Of a stretch of DNA of 45,398 nt, positions 20,413 to 28,913 are shown piece after piece (the stretch's first letter is position 1; every line of letters starts with the position of its first letter). Below the pieces are notes generated by a model. That model was given only the letters and a program-made list of their open reading frames with translations, was not told the origin of the DNA and made no database searches. Source of the DNA: a bacterium (GTDB lineage Bacteria; Desulfobacterota; S145-22); contig JALTIG010000286.1 of NCBI GenBank assembly GCA_027004185.1, positions 1-45,398 on the forward strand. Direction: 5' to 3'. Made by a program: the position numbers and the translations under genes.

Positions 20413-20489
20413 TGGTGGCGGTGCAGGGACTTGAACCCCGGACACTACGGATATGAGCCGTATGCTCTAACCCGCTGAGCTACACCGCC
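20413..20489 (-). tRNA. tRNA-Met(CAT), elongator-like
   Basis: GGCGGTGTAGCTCAGCGGGTTAGAGCATACGG-CTCATAT-CCGTAGTGTCCGGGGTTCAAGTCCCTGCACCGCCACCA; G1-C72 paired and encoded CCA. Confidence 0.95.
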
Positions 20490-20655
20490 ACGATGTATTA
20501 TCCTTTACTTAAAACGGACATACTTGTCAAGACGTGATAGCCTTGTAAGATCCGAAATAAATAACAACCGATAAACAAGACACCGCCACATAAAAAGGAA
20601 ACTGTCGGAGTTGGTGAATCGAGCAAAGATAAACACATGTTAAATCTATAGCTGC

Positions 20656-20684
20656 TTGACAAGGAAGGAATCGCAATCTATTAT
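20656..20684 (+). promoter_or_regulatory. sigma70-type promoter for the CBS/ACT and GlcD-like pair
   Basis: TTGACA (20656-20661), 17 bp, TATTAT (20679-20684); AAGGAG RBS before ATG 20748. Confidence 0.7.
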
Positions 20685-20747
20685 TTAAACAAGTCAAATA
20701 GAATAAGAATAACTGAAAACCAATAACCCCAAAAAAGGAGAAAAGAT

Positions 20748-21395
20748 ATGTCAATGTTGGTTCAAGACTGGATGATAAGGGATGTTATCACTATTGACGC
20801 TCACGCCTCCGTCATCGATGCCGTTCATTTGTTAAAGGAAAAAAATATCGGTCGGCTTCCCGTTTTAAGGAACGGCAAGCTTGTTGGAATCGTAACCGAT
20901 AGGGACTTAAAGGATTTTACCCCCTCTAAGGCAACCACGCTTGATATCTATGAACTTCGTTATCTCCTCTCCAAGGCATCCGTAGAGGAAGCCATGACGC
21001 CTAATCCCGTAACAGTCCCTCCTGATCTTCCCATTGAAAACGTGGCTGCCATCATGCGTGATAAAAAAATAAGGGCGCTCCCTGTTGTGAACAAAGATGG
21101 AGAACTTGTTGGGATTATTACAGAAGCTGAAGTCTTTGAACTCCTGGTTTCTCTTTCAGGCGTGAGACAGGGAGGGATCAGGCTCTGCATGCCTATAGAA
21201 GATAAATCAGGAAGCGCTAAAGAAGTGGCAGACATAATGAGAAGATATGGGGCTAAGATTGAAGCCATTCTCATTAATTATAAAAACGTGGCTCCCGGTT
21301 ATCGAGATCTCATTATTCGTTTCAAGGGAGGGGATACCCAAGCCATCTTGAAGGAAGTTAAGGAAAAATACCCCAACGTACTGATTATCGAATAA
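20748..21395 (+). CDS. AcuB-like CBS-pair + ACT domain protein
   Basis: Two CBS repeats (IGRLPVL..GKLVGIVTDRDLK, PSKATTLDIYEL, LPVV..GELVGIIT) and a C-terminal ACT-like domain. Confidence 0.85.
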   Translation: MSMLVQDWMIRDVITIDAHASVIDAVHLLKEKNIGRLPVLRNGKLVGIVTDRDLKDFTPSKATTLDIYELRYLLSKASVEEAMTPNPVTVPPDLPIENVAAIMRDKKIRALPVVNKDGELVGIITEAEVFELLVSLSGVRQGGIRLCMPIEDKSGSAKEVADIMRRYGAKIEAILINYKNVAPGYRDLIIRFKGGDTQAILKEVKEKYPNVLIIE

Positions 21396-21398
21396 TTT

Positions 21399-22775
21399 AT
21401 GCCCATCCCTGACTCTTTCCTTCAGCGTTTACAAGGGGTGGTGGGTCCAAAACGATTTTCAACCGGGATCTCCAACCTCACGCTTCATTCGAAAGATGAA
21501 TCCTTTCATGCCCCTCACCTCCCTGACGCTGTGGCCTGGCCCAAAAGCACGGGAGAGGTAAGTCAGCTTGTTCGCATCTGCAATGAGGGGAAAATTCCTG
21601 TCACACCTTGGGGAGCAGGTACAAGTCTTGAGGGAAACCCTATCCCAGTCAAGGGTGGTCTAGTGATTGATCTTCAGCAGATGAACAAAATCCTGGAAAT
21701 CCGGGAAGACGATCTCCAGGTCGATGTCCAAGCGGGTGTAGTTTTTAAAGACCTTAACAAAAAGCTCAAACAGTATGGACTCTTTTTTCCACCGGACCCT
21801 GGCGCTTCTGCCACCATCGGGGGGATGGTTGCCAACAATGCCAGTGGTATCCGGGCCATCAAGTACGGTGCCACGAAAGACTTAATACAGCAATTGACTG
21901 TGGTCCTTGCAGATGGGGAAATCATCCGCCCAGGGACCCTCTCCTTCAAAACCTCGTCAGGTCTAGACCTTTGCAGGCTGTTTGCCGGATCTGAGGGGAT
22001 CCTGGGAATTATTACGGAAATCACCCTCCGACTCACAGGGATCCCCCCCGAATTCTTATCCGCGGTAGTTTCATTTGCTACAGCTAAGGAGGCTTCTTCA
22101 ACCATCTCTCAAATTATACGAAGCGGGCTTTCCCCTGCTGCACTTGAGTTTATTGGGAAAGATGCTGTGCGCCTTATCAACAAATACACAGAGGAATTTA
22201 ACTTCCCGGAAGCTCCTCTCGTTTTTGTCGAATTTCATGGCACCAACAGAGAAGGAATGGCTGCTGACCTTGAATTGGTCCGAGAGATATGTGAAGAGAA
22301 TGGGGCTTCGCGTTTCGAAGCCGGCATTGGCCGACAAGCAAGGGCCAAACTTTGGGATGCCAGATATAATCTCCATGATTTCATCTTAAGAGAATACCCG
22401 GGGTTGGAACCTATGGCTATTGACACCGCGGTCCCTATCTCCAAACTTCCAAAGATCGTAGCCTTTGCGGAAGAGTTATGTAAAGAACGAGGGATTATCG
22501 GATATATATTCGGACACGCTGGAAGCGGTAACATCCATATGCCCATGATGGGCAATCCCAACGACAAAGCTACTTGGGCCGTCCTGGAGGAAATTAATCA
22601 TAAGCTGGTTGCGTTTGCCATTTCCCTCGGAGGAACAGCAACGGGGGAGCATGGTGTAGGGATAGGCAAGATGCAATACATGGAATTAGAACATGGGAAC
22701 AGTCTGAAAGTTATGAAAAAGATTAAAAAACTTCTCGATCCCCGGGGAATCCTGAACCCAGGTAAGATGTTTTGA
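21399..22775 (+). CDS. FAD-linked oxidoreductase of the GlcD / D-lactate dehydrogenase family
   Basis: GAGTSLEG, FFPPDPGASATIGGM, GSEGILGIITE, GHAGSGNIH, TGEHGVG, DPRGILNPGK. Confidence 0.9.
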   Translation: MPIPDSFLQRLQGVVGPKRFSTGISNLTLHSKDESFHAPHLPDAVAWPKSTGEVSQLVRICNEGKIPVTPWGAGTSLEGNPIPVKGGLVIDLQQMNKILEIREDDLQVDVQAGVVFKDLNKKLKQYGLFFPPDPGASATIGGMVANNASGIRAIKYGATKDLIQQLTVVLADGEIIRPGTLSFKTSSGLDLCRLFAGSEGILGIITEITLRLTGIPPEFLSAVVSFATAKEASSTISQIIRSGLSPAALEFIGKDAVRLINKYTEEFNFPEAPLVFVEFHGTNREGMAADLELVREICEENGASRFEAGIGRQARAKLWDARYNLHDFILREYPGLEPMAIDTAVPISKLPKIVAFAEELCKERGIIGYIFGHAGSGNIHMPMMGNPNDKATWAVLEEINHKLVAFAISLGGTATGEHGVGIGKMQYMELEHGNSLKVMKKIKKLLDPRGILNPGKMF

Positions 22776-22880
22776 TTAACGTATCCCATCCCTTTTAAAC
22801 ATTTCCCAAATCCTTTATTTCTTGACAATTCACACCCGATTCGTTAGGGATGAAACACAACGATCAGGAGAGAGATAAGC

Positions 22881-24203
22881 ATGCCCGATGAATCTATTAT
22901 TAAGGAAAAGGACCGCTTTCACGAAGCGGAAGGAATTCCTTATGATTCCGCTGTATGTCCAGGATGCGGTTGCCTCTGCGAAGATATCGATTTAACCTTG
23001 AATAATGATCAAATCATCCAGACCTTCCACGTGTGTTCATGGGGCCTTTCAAAATTTCATCTCGGACATCGTTTTTTAAGGGAACCCAAACATGCCAAAC
23101 TTGTCTTTCCCACAAGAAAAGAGGCTTCGGGAAGGCCTCTTCCTATTTCCTACGAAGAAGCCTACGAAACCACCGCTTCCATTCTTCATGATGCCATGCG
23201 GGTAGTTTTCTTCGGTTTATGCCAAACCACTTTCGACGCCCAAATGGAGGCCATCACTCTAGTGAATCATTTGAACGCGGACCTTTATCCTTCTGAAGGG
23301 ATGCTACTAACCCCATATTTCAAGGCATTGAAAACTCAGACCACTGGAATGGCAACCCTTGAAGAAATCCGACAGCTTGCCACAACCCTTATATTCTGGG
23401 GGGTTAATCCTCTCCATAGCTGTCCCCGCCTGGTGGCCCGATACGCCGTATTTGTCGGGGGTATTAACGCGCCTGAACGACATATGGGCCGTAAGGTTTT
23501 CTATATTGATCCTTACGAAAACGACACAGGATCCTTTTCACAACACATTCCTGTAACTCCCGAGAATGAACTAAACATGGCCAACAAACTCACTGAGATC
23601 ATCGAAGAAGGTAGCTTTTCTATCCCAACAGAGCTGAATCTGCTCGTCCAAAGCATCGAGACAAGCCCATTCGTGGGGCTTTTTGTTGGCAGAGGGATCG
23701 CATATTCTCACACTCCGCAGGAACTTATGGAAACCCTTTTTAAGCTGAGAAACGCTATCAACAAAAAAACCCCATGCGTGCTCCTTCCCGTCATTTCTGA
23801 CTTTAACGCCTTGGGTCTCTATTTTTCAATGATCCAAAATGGAATCGATCCCTCAACCTCCCCATACATTAAGGGAGACCTTTTGTCCTACCATCCGAAA
23901 AGAGGAGATGCTATTATTTGTATAGGATCAGACCCCTTCTGGTTCCTTAAGGAAGAACAGATCACAGCCATTAAATCCCTTGATATCCCTATAGTAGCCA
24001 TTTCCTCCCTTCAGAACCAGACAACCCATGCTGCCACCATCGTTATCCCCGTAGCCCTTACAGGAGTCGAAACCGAAGGGTTAGCGTTCCGTATGGATGG
24101 AATCCCTATCTACATGAGAAAGGTTCTACCTACCGCACAACCAACTGATCTAAATGCCTTGAAAGCCATTAAGGAAAGGATTGGGGGAAAAGCAAATGGC
24201 TGA
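22881..24203 (+). CDS. Formylmethanofuran dehydrogenase subunit B (FwdB/FmdB/FhcB)-like protein, apparently lacking the W/Mo ligand
   Basis: CPGCGCLCEDI...CSWG Fe-S motif, ATLEEIR..ATTLIFWGVNPLHSCPRLVARY and IPVALTGVETEGLAFRMDGIPI are FwdB-like; AGGAG RBS. Confidence 0.8.
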   Translation: MPDESIIKEKDRFHEAEGIPYDSAVCPGCGCLCEDIDLTLNNDQIIQTFHVCSWGLSKFHLGHRFLREPKHAKLVFPTRKEASGRPLPISYEEAYETTASILHDAMRVVFFGLCQTTFDAQMEAITLVNHLNADLYPSEGMLLTPYFKALKTQTTGMATLEEIRQLATTLIFWGVNPLHSCPRLVARYAVFVGGINAPERHMGRKVFYIDPYENDTGSFSQHIPVTPENELNMANKLTEIIEEGSFSIPTELNLLVQSIETSPFVGLFVGRGIAYSHTPQELMETLFKLRNAINKKTPCVLLPVISDFNALGLYFSMIQNGIDPSTSPYIKGDLLSYHPKRGDAIICIGSDPFWFLKEEQITAIKSLDIPIVAISSLQNQTTHAATIVIPVALTGVETEGLAFRMDGIPIYMRKVLPTAQPTDLNALKAIKERIGGKANG

Positions 24204-24660
24204 GATGAAGGTTCTTGATATCTATCGCCTGCTCCCTCGCACCAATTGCAGAAAATGCGGCATGGTTTGTATGGCCTTCGCCTCGGCACTCCTGACGGGC
24301 AAGGCCAAACCTGAAGATTGCCCCCCCCTGGTTGAGGATGAAAAATATGCCGAAGCCTACCAAAAGCTTCAGGAGGCCTTCGGTAAAACAGGTGAACGAG
24401 AGGCAACTGGCCTGAGTATCGACCGGAATAAATGCGACGGGTGTGGCATTTGTGCCGCAGTCTGCGAAATCAGCCTTGAAAAGAGCCAGGAACTCACCAA
24501 TGGGAAAGGTTCCCGCCGCTTTGAATCACCCGTCATTATTATTGTGAATGGAGTTATCACTATTAAAAATCCGGACGCGTGTAGAAGAGTTGTCCCTGAT
24601 GCTCCTACCTGTAATGCTTGCGTAGACCTCTGTCCTTCAAAAGCCCTGACATTTCTCTAA
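24196..24660 (+). CDS. FwdG-like ferredoxin with an N-terminal AcsC/RnfB-type Fe-S domain
   Basis: LPRTNCRKCGMVCMAFA...DCPPL Fe-S domain, then CDGCGICAAVC...GKG...VNGV...C..CNACVDLCP (two [4Fe-4S] motifs in FwdG arrangement). Overlaps the fwdB-like stop. Confidence 0.75.
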   Translation: MAEMKVLDIYRLLPRTNCRKCGMVCMAFASALLTGKAKPEDCPPLVEDEKYAEAYQKLQEAFGKTGEREATGLSIDRNKCDGCGICAAVCEISLEKSQELTNGKGSRRFESPVIIIVNGVITIKNPDACRRVVPDAPTCNACVDLCPSKALTFL

Positions 24661-24672
24661 GGATCGATACCC

Positions 24673-26043
24673 ATGAGACTTCTCATCAAGAATGCTACGA
24701 TCTTTGACCCATTAAACGGGATACAGGGTCAACCTGGTAACCTTTATATCCGTAACGGGCGCATGTCAAAACCCTTTAAAAATCCGGATCAGGTAATCGA
24801 TGCCACCGGTCTTTGGGCACTTCCTGGAGGGATCGATGCTGGAAGCGCTTTCACCTCCTATGGCATATCTCTTTACGGTTTCCAGCAAGGGTTATCCATC
24901 TACCCGGCATCCCTTAGTGCCTCCTATGCCCTCATGGGATACACGCACCTTCATGAATCCATGATGTTTCCAACAACAGCTCTGGAGACTCACCGCTTTC
25001 TCACCGCTCTCCCCTACCAGGACGGCTCAGCATCCCTATGCCTGTCATTACGAGAATTTGGATCCCTGATAGGGTCTGATACCCCTCCTGAATGGACTGT
25101 TCTTTTCCTCGATCTATGCGCCCAGCGTTTTCACGCCCTAAACATTCACCTTTTAGAAACAAGCGTTCACTTCAGGGAAAGCGCTCTTTCCCGTTTTAAT
25201 ATCCAGGCAAGTAAGGTCCTCCGTTATATCGAGAGGTTACCCCTAAACCTTCCCTTTCTTATCGAGACAACATCGCGACTCTTGGATGAGGAACTTCCGG
25301 GAACACCAAACCTCTATTATAGCCATATCGGCCAGGCCATCGACGGTAAATACGCCTATAAGCAAATAATCACCCATATGACTTCAAAAGGGATGTCCGG
25401 TGACCTTGGCCTTATCCCACCCTTCCCACATCACCAGCTCCAGATAACGTCTGAGTTAACCGAAGGGGAGCACCTGGTAGCCCATATAGGGCTCCACGCA
25501 CCCCTGAAATACCTGAAGGTCTCACCACCCGCGTCACAAATTCCCCTTATACTAAATTTCGCCACTCACCCAGAGTTCAAAAAAAACCTGGCCTTCTCCA
25601 CACTTTGCCTTGGGTCTCAGGCAATCGACTGCTATCCAGTACTGTTTCAACAACTCTTTGAAAACGATCACTCATTTACGGTAGAAGATTTTGTTTACCA
25701 GACTCGTCTCGTGCCCGCTTCTTTATTGGGCCTAAAAGATAAGGGACATCTGGGAATTGGTGCCATCGGGGACGTGGCCCTTTACGACCCGAATAAAGGC
25801 CAATCTCCAGGAGAAGTTCTCAGTCACTGCCACACTCTGATCAAAGGAGGTACTCCTGTAATAGAAGAGGGGGTTTTCGCCCATGCCCCAGAACACCCTG
25901 AGACACAAACCTATTTCCGAAGCCATTCTCCCACTGAAAAAGGTTTCGCAATATTTACCACCTATTTCAGGGCATACCCCAGACTTGAGCATCTTCATGT
26001 GCCAGAAACGATGGGGGTTTGGAAATCCATTCCTATTGAATAG
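24673..26043 (+). CDS. Formylmethanofuran dehydrogenase subunit A (FwdA/FhcA)-like amidohydrolase-fold protein with a degenerate active site
   Basis: LLIKNATIFDPLNGIQG, IDATG..ALPGGID, YALMGYT and TRLVPASLLGLKDKGHLGIGAIGDVALYD match the FwdA ends; HxH motif absent. Confidence 0.75.
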   Translation: MRLLIKNATIFDPLNGIQGQPGNLYIRNGRMSKPFKNPDQVIDATGLWALPGGIDAGSAFTSYGISLYGFQQGLSIYPASLSASYALMGYTHLHESMMFPTTALETHRFLTALPYQDGSASLCLSLREFGSLIGSDTPPEWTVLFLDLCAQRFHALNIHLLETSVHFRESALSRFNIQASKVLRYIERLPLNLPFLIETTSRLLDEELPGTPNLYYSHIGQAIDGKYAYKQIITHMTSKGMSGDLGLIPPFPHHQLQITSELTEGEHLVAHIGLHAPLKYLKVSPPASQIPLILNFATHPEFKKNLAFSTLCLGSQAIDCYPVLFQQLFENDHSFTVEDFVYQTRLVPASLLGLKDKGHLGIGAIGDVALYDPNKGQSPGEVLSHCHTLIKGGTPVIEEGVFAHAPEHPETQTYFRSHSPTEKGFAIFTTYFRAYPRLEHLHVPETMGVWKSIPIE

Positions 26044-26104
26044 CCTACGTGCTCACCTCCCAAAAACAGGGAAACAATGAATATCTCTGTTCACAGGAGT
26101 AAAC

Positions 26105-26779
26105 TTACATTGACAAGGGCAACTCTTCATCAGCAATGACCACTTGTGCATTCCCCCTTTTTGCCCACCAGACCCCAAGATAAACAAATGGGGTATCCAA
26201 AATTGCAAAGACAAACTTGAAAAGATACTGCCCTCCAATCAAACGGAGACAGTCCGAAAAACCATATACACCGTAAAAGGCAATCATGATAAAAAGAACT
26301 GTATCTATGAGTTGCGAAGTCATGGTAGCAAGGTTGTTGCGAATCCAGAGGTAACGTGCATTTGTTACGTTTCTCCAGAAATGAAACAACGCAACATCAC
26401 ATGTCTGGCTTGCAAGATACGCGGTTAAGGAGGCAAGGATAATTCGTGTAGAGGCACTAAAAACCGTCTTAAAGGCCTGCTGGTGTCTATAAAACCGTGC
26501 GGGTGGAAGCCAAATGGCCACTTTCGTGATAAAAAGCAACAACAGCATCATGACAAGGCCAAGCCAAACCACATGCTTGGAAAACCTCTTTCCAAAGACC
26601 TCCGAAACCACGTCGGTAACCATGAAGGTAACTGGATAGACAATGATTCCGGCAGGGGCAGAAAAACCAAATAGGGTAATAATCTTTGAGGAAATTACAT
26701 TGGCTGCCGCGAGAGCAAGGACAAACATTGCCGCCAGAACAGCATATTTATCTTCCCTTGACAGATGCATCGCCATCAC
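26105..26779 (-). CDS. yhhQ: Queuosine precursor transporter (YhhQ/Vut_1 family)
   Basis: ANVISSKI, YPVTFMVTDVVSEVFG, RIILASLTAYLASQ, LWIRNNLATMTSQLIDTVLF, LDTPFVY; adjacent to queF. Confidence 0.92.
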   Translation of the reverse strand: MMAMHLSREDKYAVLAAMFVLALAAANVISSKIITLFGFSAPAGIIVYPVTFMVTDVVSEVFGKRFSKHVVWLGLVMMLLLLFITKVAIWLPPARFYRHQQAFKTVFSASTRIILASLTAYLASQTCDVALFHFWRNVTNARYLWIRNNLATMTSQLIDTVLFIMIAFYGVYGFSDCLRLIGGQYLFKFVFAILDTPFVYLGVWWAKRGNAQVVIADEELPLSM

Positions 26780-26783
26780 CCGT

Positions 26784-27212
26784 TTATGATTTCAAAGGGG
26801 AATATAAAAGCTCATCAAGCACTAATTCAGAGGCGCTTGCCTTTTCACAATAGGATTTAATGCCACCCCGCAGATGGTACTCCAGGGTAACCTTAAGGTA
26901 TCGGGGTTCAAGAAGTTCCATCAGGTCTCGGTAAATACGAATCAGGGCATTCTCCTGGTAAATCCCGACCTGGCGGAAAGAAACGATATAATATTTCAGA
27001 GACTTCAATTCCAACAGTTTTTGATTGGGAACATAGTGAATGGAAAGACGCCCATAATCTGGAAGACCGGAGAAGGGACAGACGGCAGAAAACTCATCCG
27101 TTGTATAGGTAACGAGTTGGCGCTCTCCATTGTATGGAAGCGACTCCAGCCACTCCTCCTTAATCGAACTTTCAGATTCCCAAGCAATGACACGCCCTTC
27201 TGCTTTAGGCAT
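26784..27212 (-). CDS. queF: NADPH-dependent 7-cyano-7-deazaguanine reductase (unimodular QueF)
   Basis: EFSAVCPFSGLPDYG (catalytic Cys/Asp), ELKSLKYY QueF motif, RGGI; AGGAGG RBS. Confidence 0.93.
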   Translation of the reverse strand: MPKAEGRVIAWESESSIKEEWLESLPYNGERQLVTYTTDEFSAVCPFSGLPDYGRLSIHYVPNQKLLELKSLKYYIVSFRQVGIYQENALIRIYRDLMELLEPRYLKVTLEYHLRGGIKSYCEKASASELVLDELLYSPLKS

Positions 27213-27248
27213 CTCTTTTTCCTCCTGATCGGCTCTTGATTCAGCGTT

Positions 27249-27277
27249 ACGTTACCTGACATTACCCTCTCTGTCAA
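27249..27277 (-). promoter_or_regulatory. sigma70-type promoter of queF-yhhQ
   Basis: Minus strand TTGACA (27277-27272), 17 bp, TAACGT (27254-27249). Confidence 0.6.
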
Positions 27278-27343
27278 TGTTCAAGAATCCATAATTCTAT
27301 ATGATTTGTTGACATAATCCGACATTTCAAGTAGAGAGGAAAT

Positions 27344-28909
27344 GTGACCACATCCGAGCACCGAAAGATTTTACGCGCCACGTTCGTTGTGGGAAGTGGA
27401 ACCTTCATCAGCCGCGTCTTTGGATACATCCGAGACATGGTTATGGCCTCTTTTTTCGGCACCGGTATGGCAGCGGACGCGTTTTTTGTGGCCTTTCGCC
27501 TTCCGAACCTCTTACGGCGACTGATTGGCGAAGGATCCATGACTGTCTCTTTTATCCCCGTCTTCACAGATTATGTCAAGAAGGGCAACAAAAGGGACGT
27601 AGAAGGATTCCTCACAAGCTGTTTCTCCCTTCTTATCTGCCTTCTTGCCATGCTTGCGGCGTTAGGCGTTCTCTTGGCACCTTGGCTTGTTAGGATGATT
27701 GCACCTGGGTTCATAAAATTTCCGGTAAAATTCTCCCTTACAGTTTCCTTAACTCGGATGGTTTTCCCCTATATCTTTTTCATCAGCCTGGTTGCCTTTA
27801 GCATGGGGGTCCTCAATACGTACCGTATATTCTTCCCTCCAGCCTTCTCCCCTGTGCTTCTGAACGTTTCCATGATTGGAAGCGTTCTTCTATTATATCA
27901 TTTCTTTCACCCCCCGATTAACGCCCTGGCTATTGGGGTCCTCATCGGTGGAATCCTTCAGCTTCTCTTTCAAATCCCTTTCTTGGTCAGACAGGGATTC
28001 CCCTTTCGATTTACTTGGAACCCACACCACCCGGGACTCAGAAAGGTGGTAGCCTTGATGGGACCTTCCATCCTCGGAATTGCTGTCTATCAGATTACCG
28101 TTTTCATTAACACCCTCTTGGCATCGTTCCTTCCTTCCGGAAGCGTTTCCTACCTCTATTACGCAGACAGGCTCATGCAGTTTCCTTTGGGAATCTTTGC
28201 CATCGCCATGGGAACGGCTGCGCTTCCGAGTTTCTCTTCACTTTCCGCAGAAGATACAGGACCGCTTGGTGAGGCCATCGGATTTACCCTACGAATGATC
28301 CTGATGATCTCCATCCCAGCATCTGTAGGGCTTATATCGCTCCGAGAACCAATCGTCGGCGTGCTCTTTCAACGTGGGGCATTTACCGCCCTTTCCCGCC
28401 ATGCAACGGCGCAGGCCCTTTTAGGGTATGCCGTGGGACTGTTTGCTGTTTCAGGAGTACGGATCATCGTACCAGGCTTCTACGCCTTAAAGGATGCCAA
28501 AACACCTGTGCGCGTGGCCATCATCGCCCTGGCTGCCAATGTCTTCTTCGGCATTATCCTAATGTTCCCCCTGAAACACCTGGGGTTAGCCCTGGCCACA
28601 TCACTCTCTTCGGTCCTTAACCTTTTCCTTCTGACGGCAATCCTGAGCAAGCGGCTCCATACTTTTCAATGGCGAACCTTGGCAAAAAGTCTGGCGGAAA
28701 TCCTGGTGGCATCCGGGGGCATGGGCCTCTTTCTCTTTATGTTCCAGTACTACCTGCCTGTTATGGGCACACGCGCTTTTCTCACGCGCATCACACGACT
28801 TCTCATGGCCCTCTTCTCAGGAGGCGCGCTTTATCTCTTCTTTATGCGAGCCCTAAGAAACCCTGAACTGACATATATGGTGCAGGCCGTAAAGAAAAGG
28901 AGGAAATAA
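27344..28909 (+). CDS. murJ: Lipid II flippase MurJ (MviN)
   Basis: SRVFGYIRD, ADAFFVAFRLPNLLRRLIGEG, YLYYADRLMQFPLGIF, FYALKDAKTP. Confidence 0.96.
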   Translation: MTTSEHRKILRATFVVGSGTFISRVFGYIRDMVMASFFGTGMAADAFFVAFRLPNLLRRLIGEGSMTVSFIPVFTDYVKKGNKRDVEGFLTSCFSLLICLLAMLAALGVLLAPWLVRMIAPGFIKFPVKFSLTVSLTRMVFPYIFFISLVAFSMGVLNTYRIFFPPAFSPVLLNVSMIGSVLLLYHFFHPPINALAIGVLIGGILQLLFQIPFLVRQGFPFRFTWNPHHPGLRKVVALMGPSILGIAVYQITVFINTLLASFLPSGSVSYLYYADRLMQFPLGIFAIAMGTAALPSFSSLSAEDTGPLGEAIGFTLRMILMISIPASVGLISLREPIVGVLFQRGAFTALSRHATAQALLGYAVGLFAVSGVRIIVPGFYALKDAKTPVRVAIIALAANVFFGIILMFPLKHLGLALATSLSSVLNLFLLTAILSKRLHTFQWRTLAKSLAEILVASGGMGLFLFMFQYYLPVMGTRAFLTRITRLLMALFSGGALYLFFMRALRNPELTYMVQAVKKRRK

Positions 28910-28913
28910 ACAA

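Noticed and set aside
27213-27343. preQ1 riboswitch upstream of queF
   Set aside because: No preQ1-I-like stem with an A-rich tail is visible, and the promoter leaves only about 30 nt of leader.
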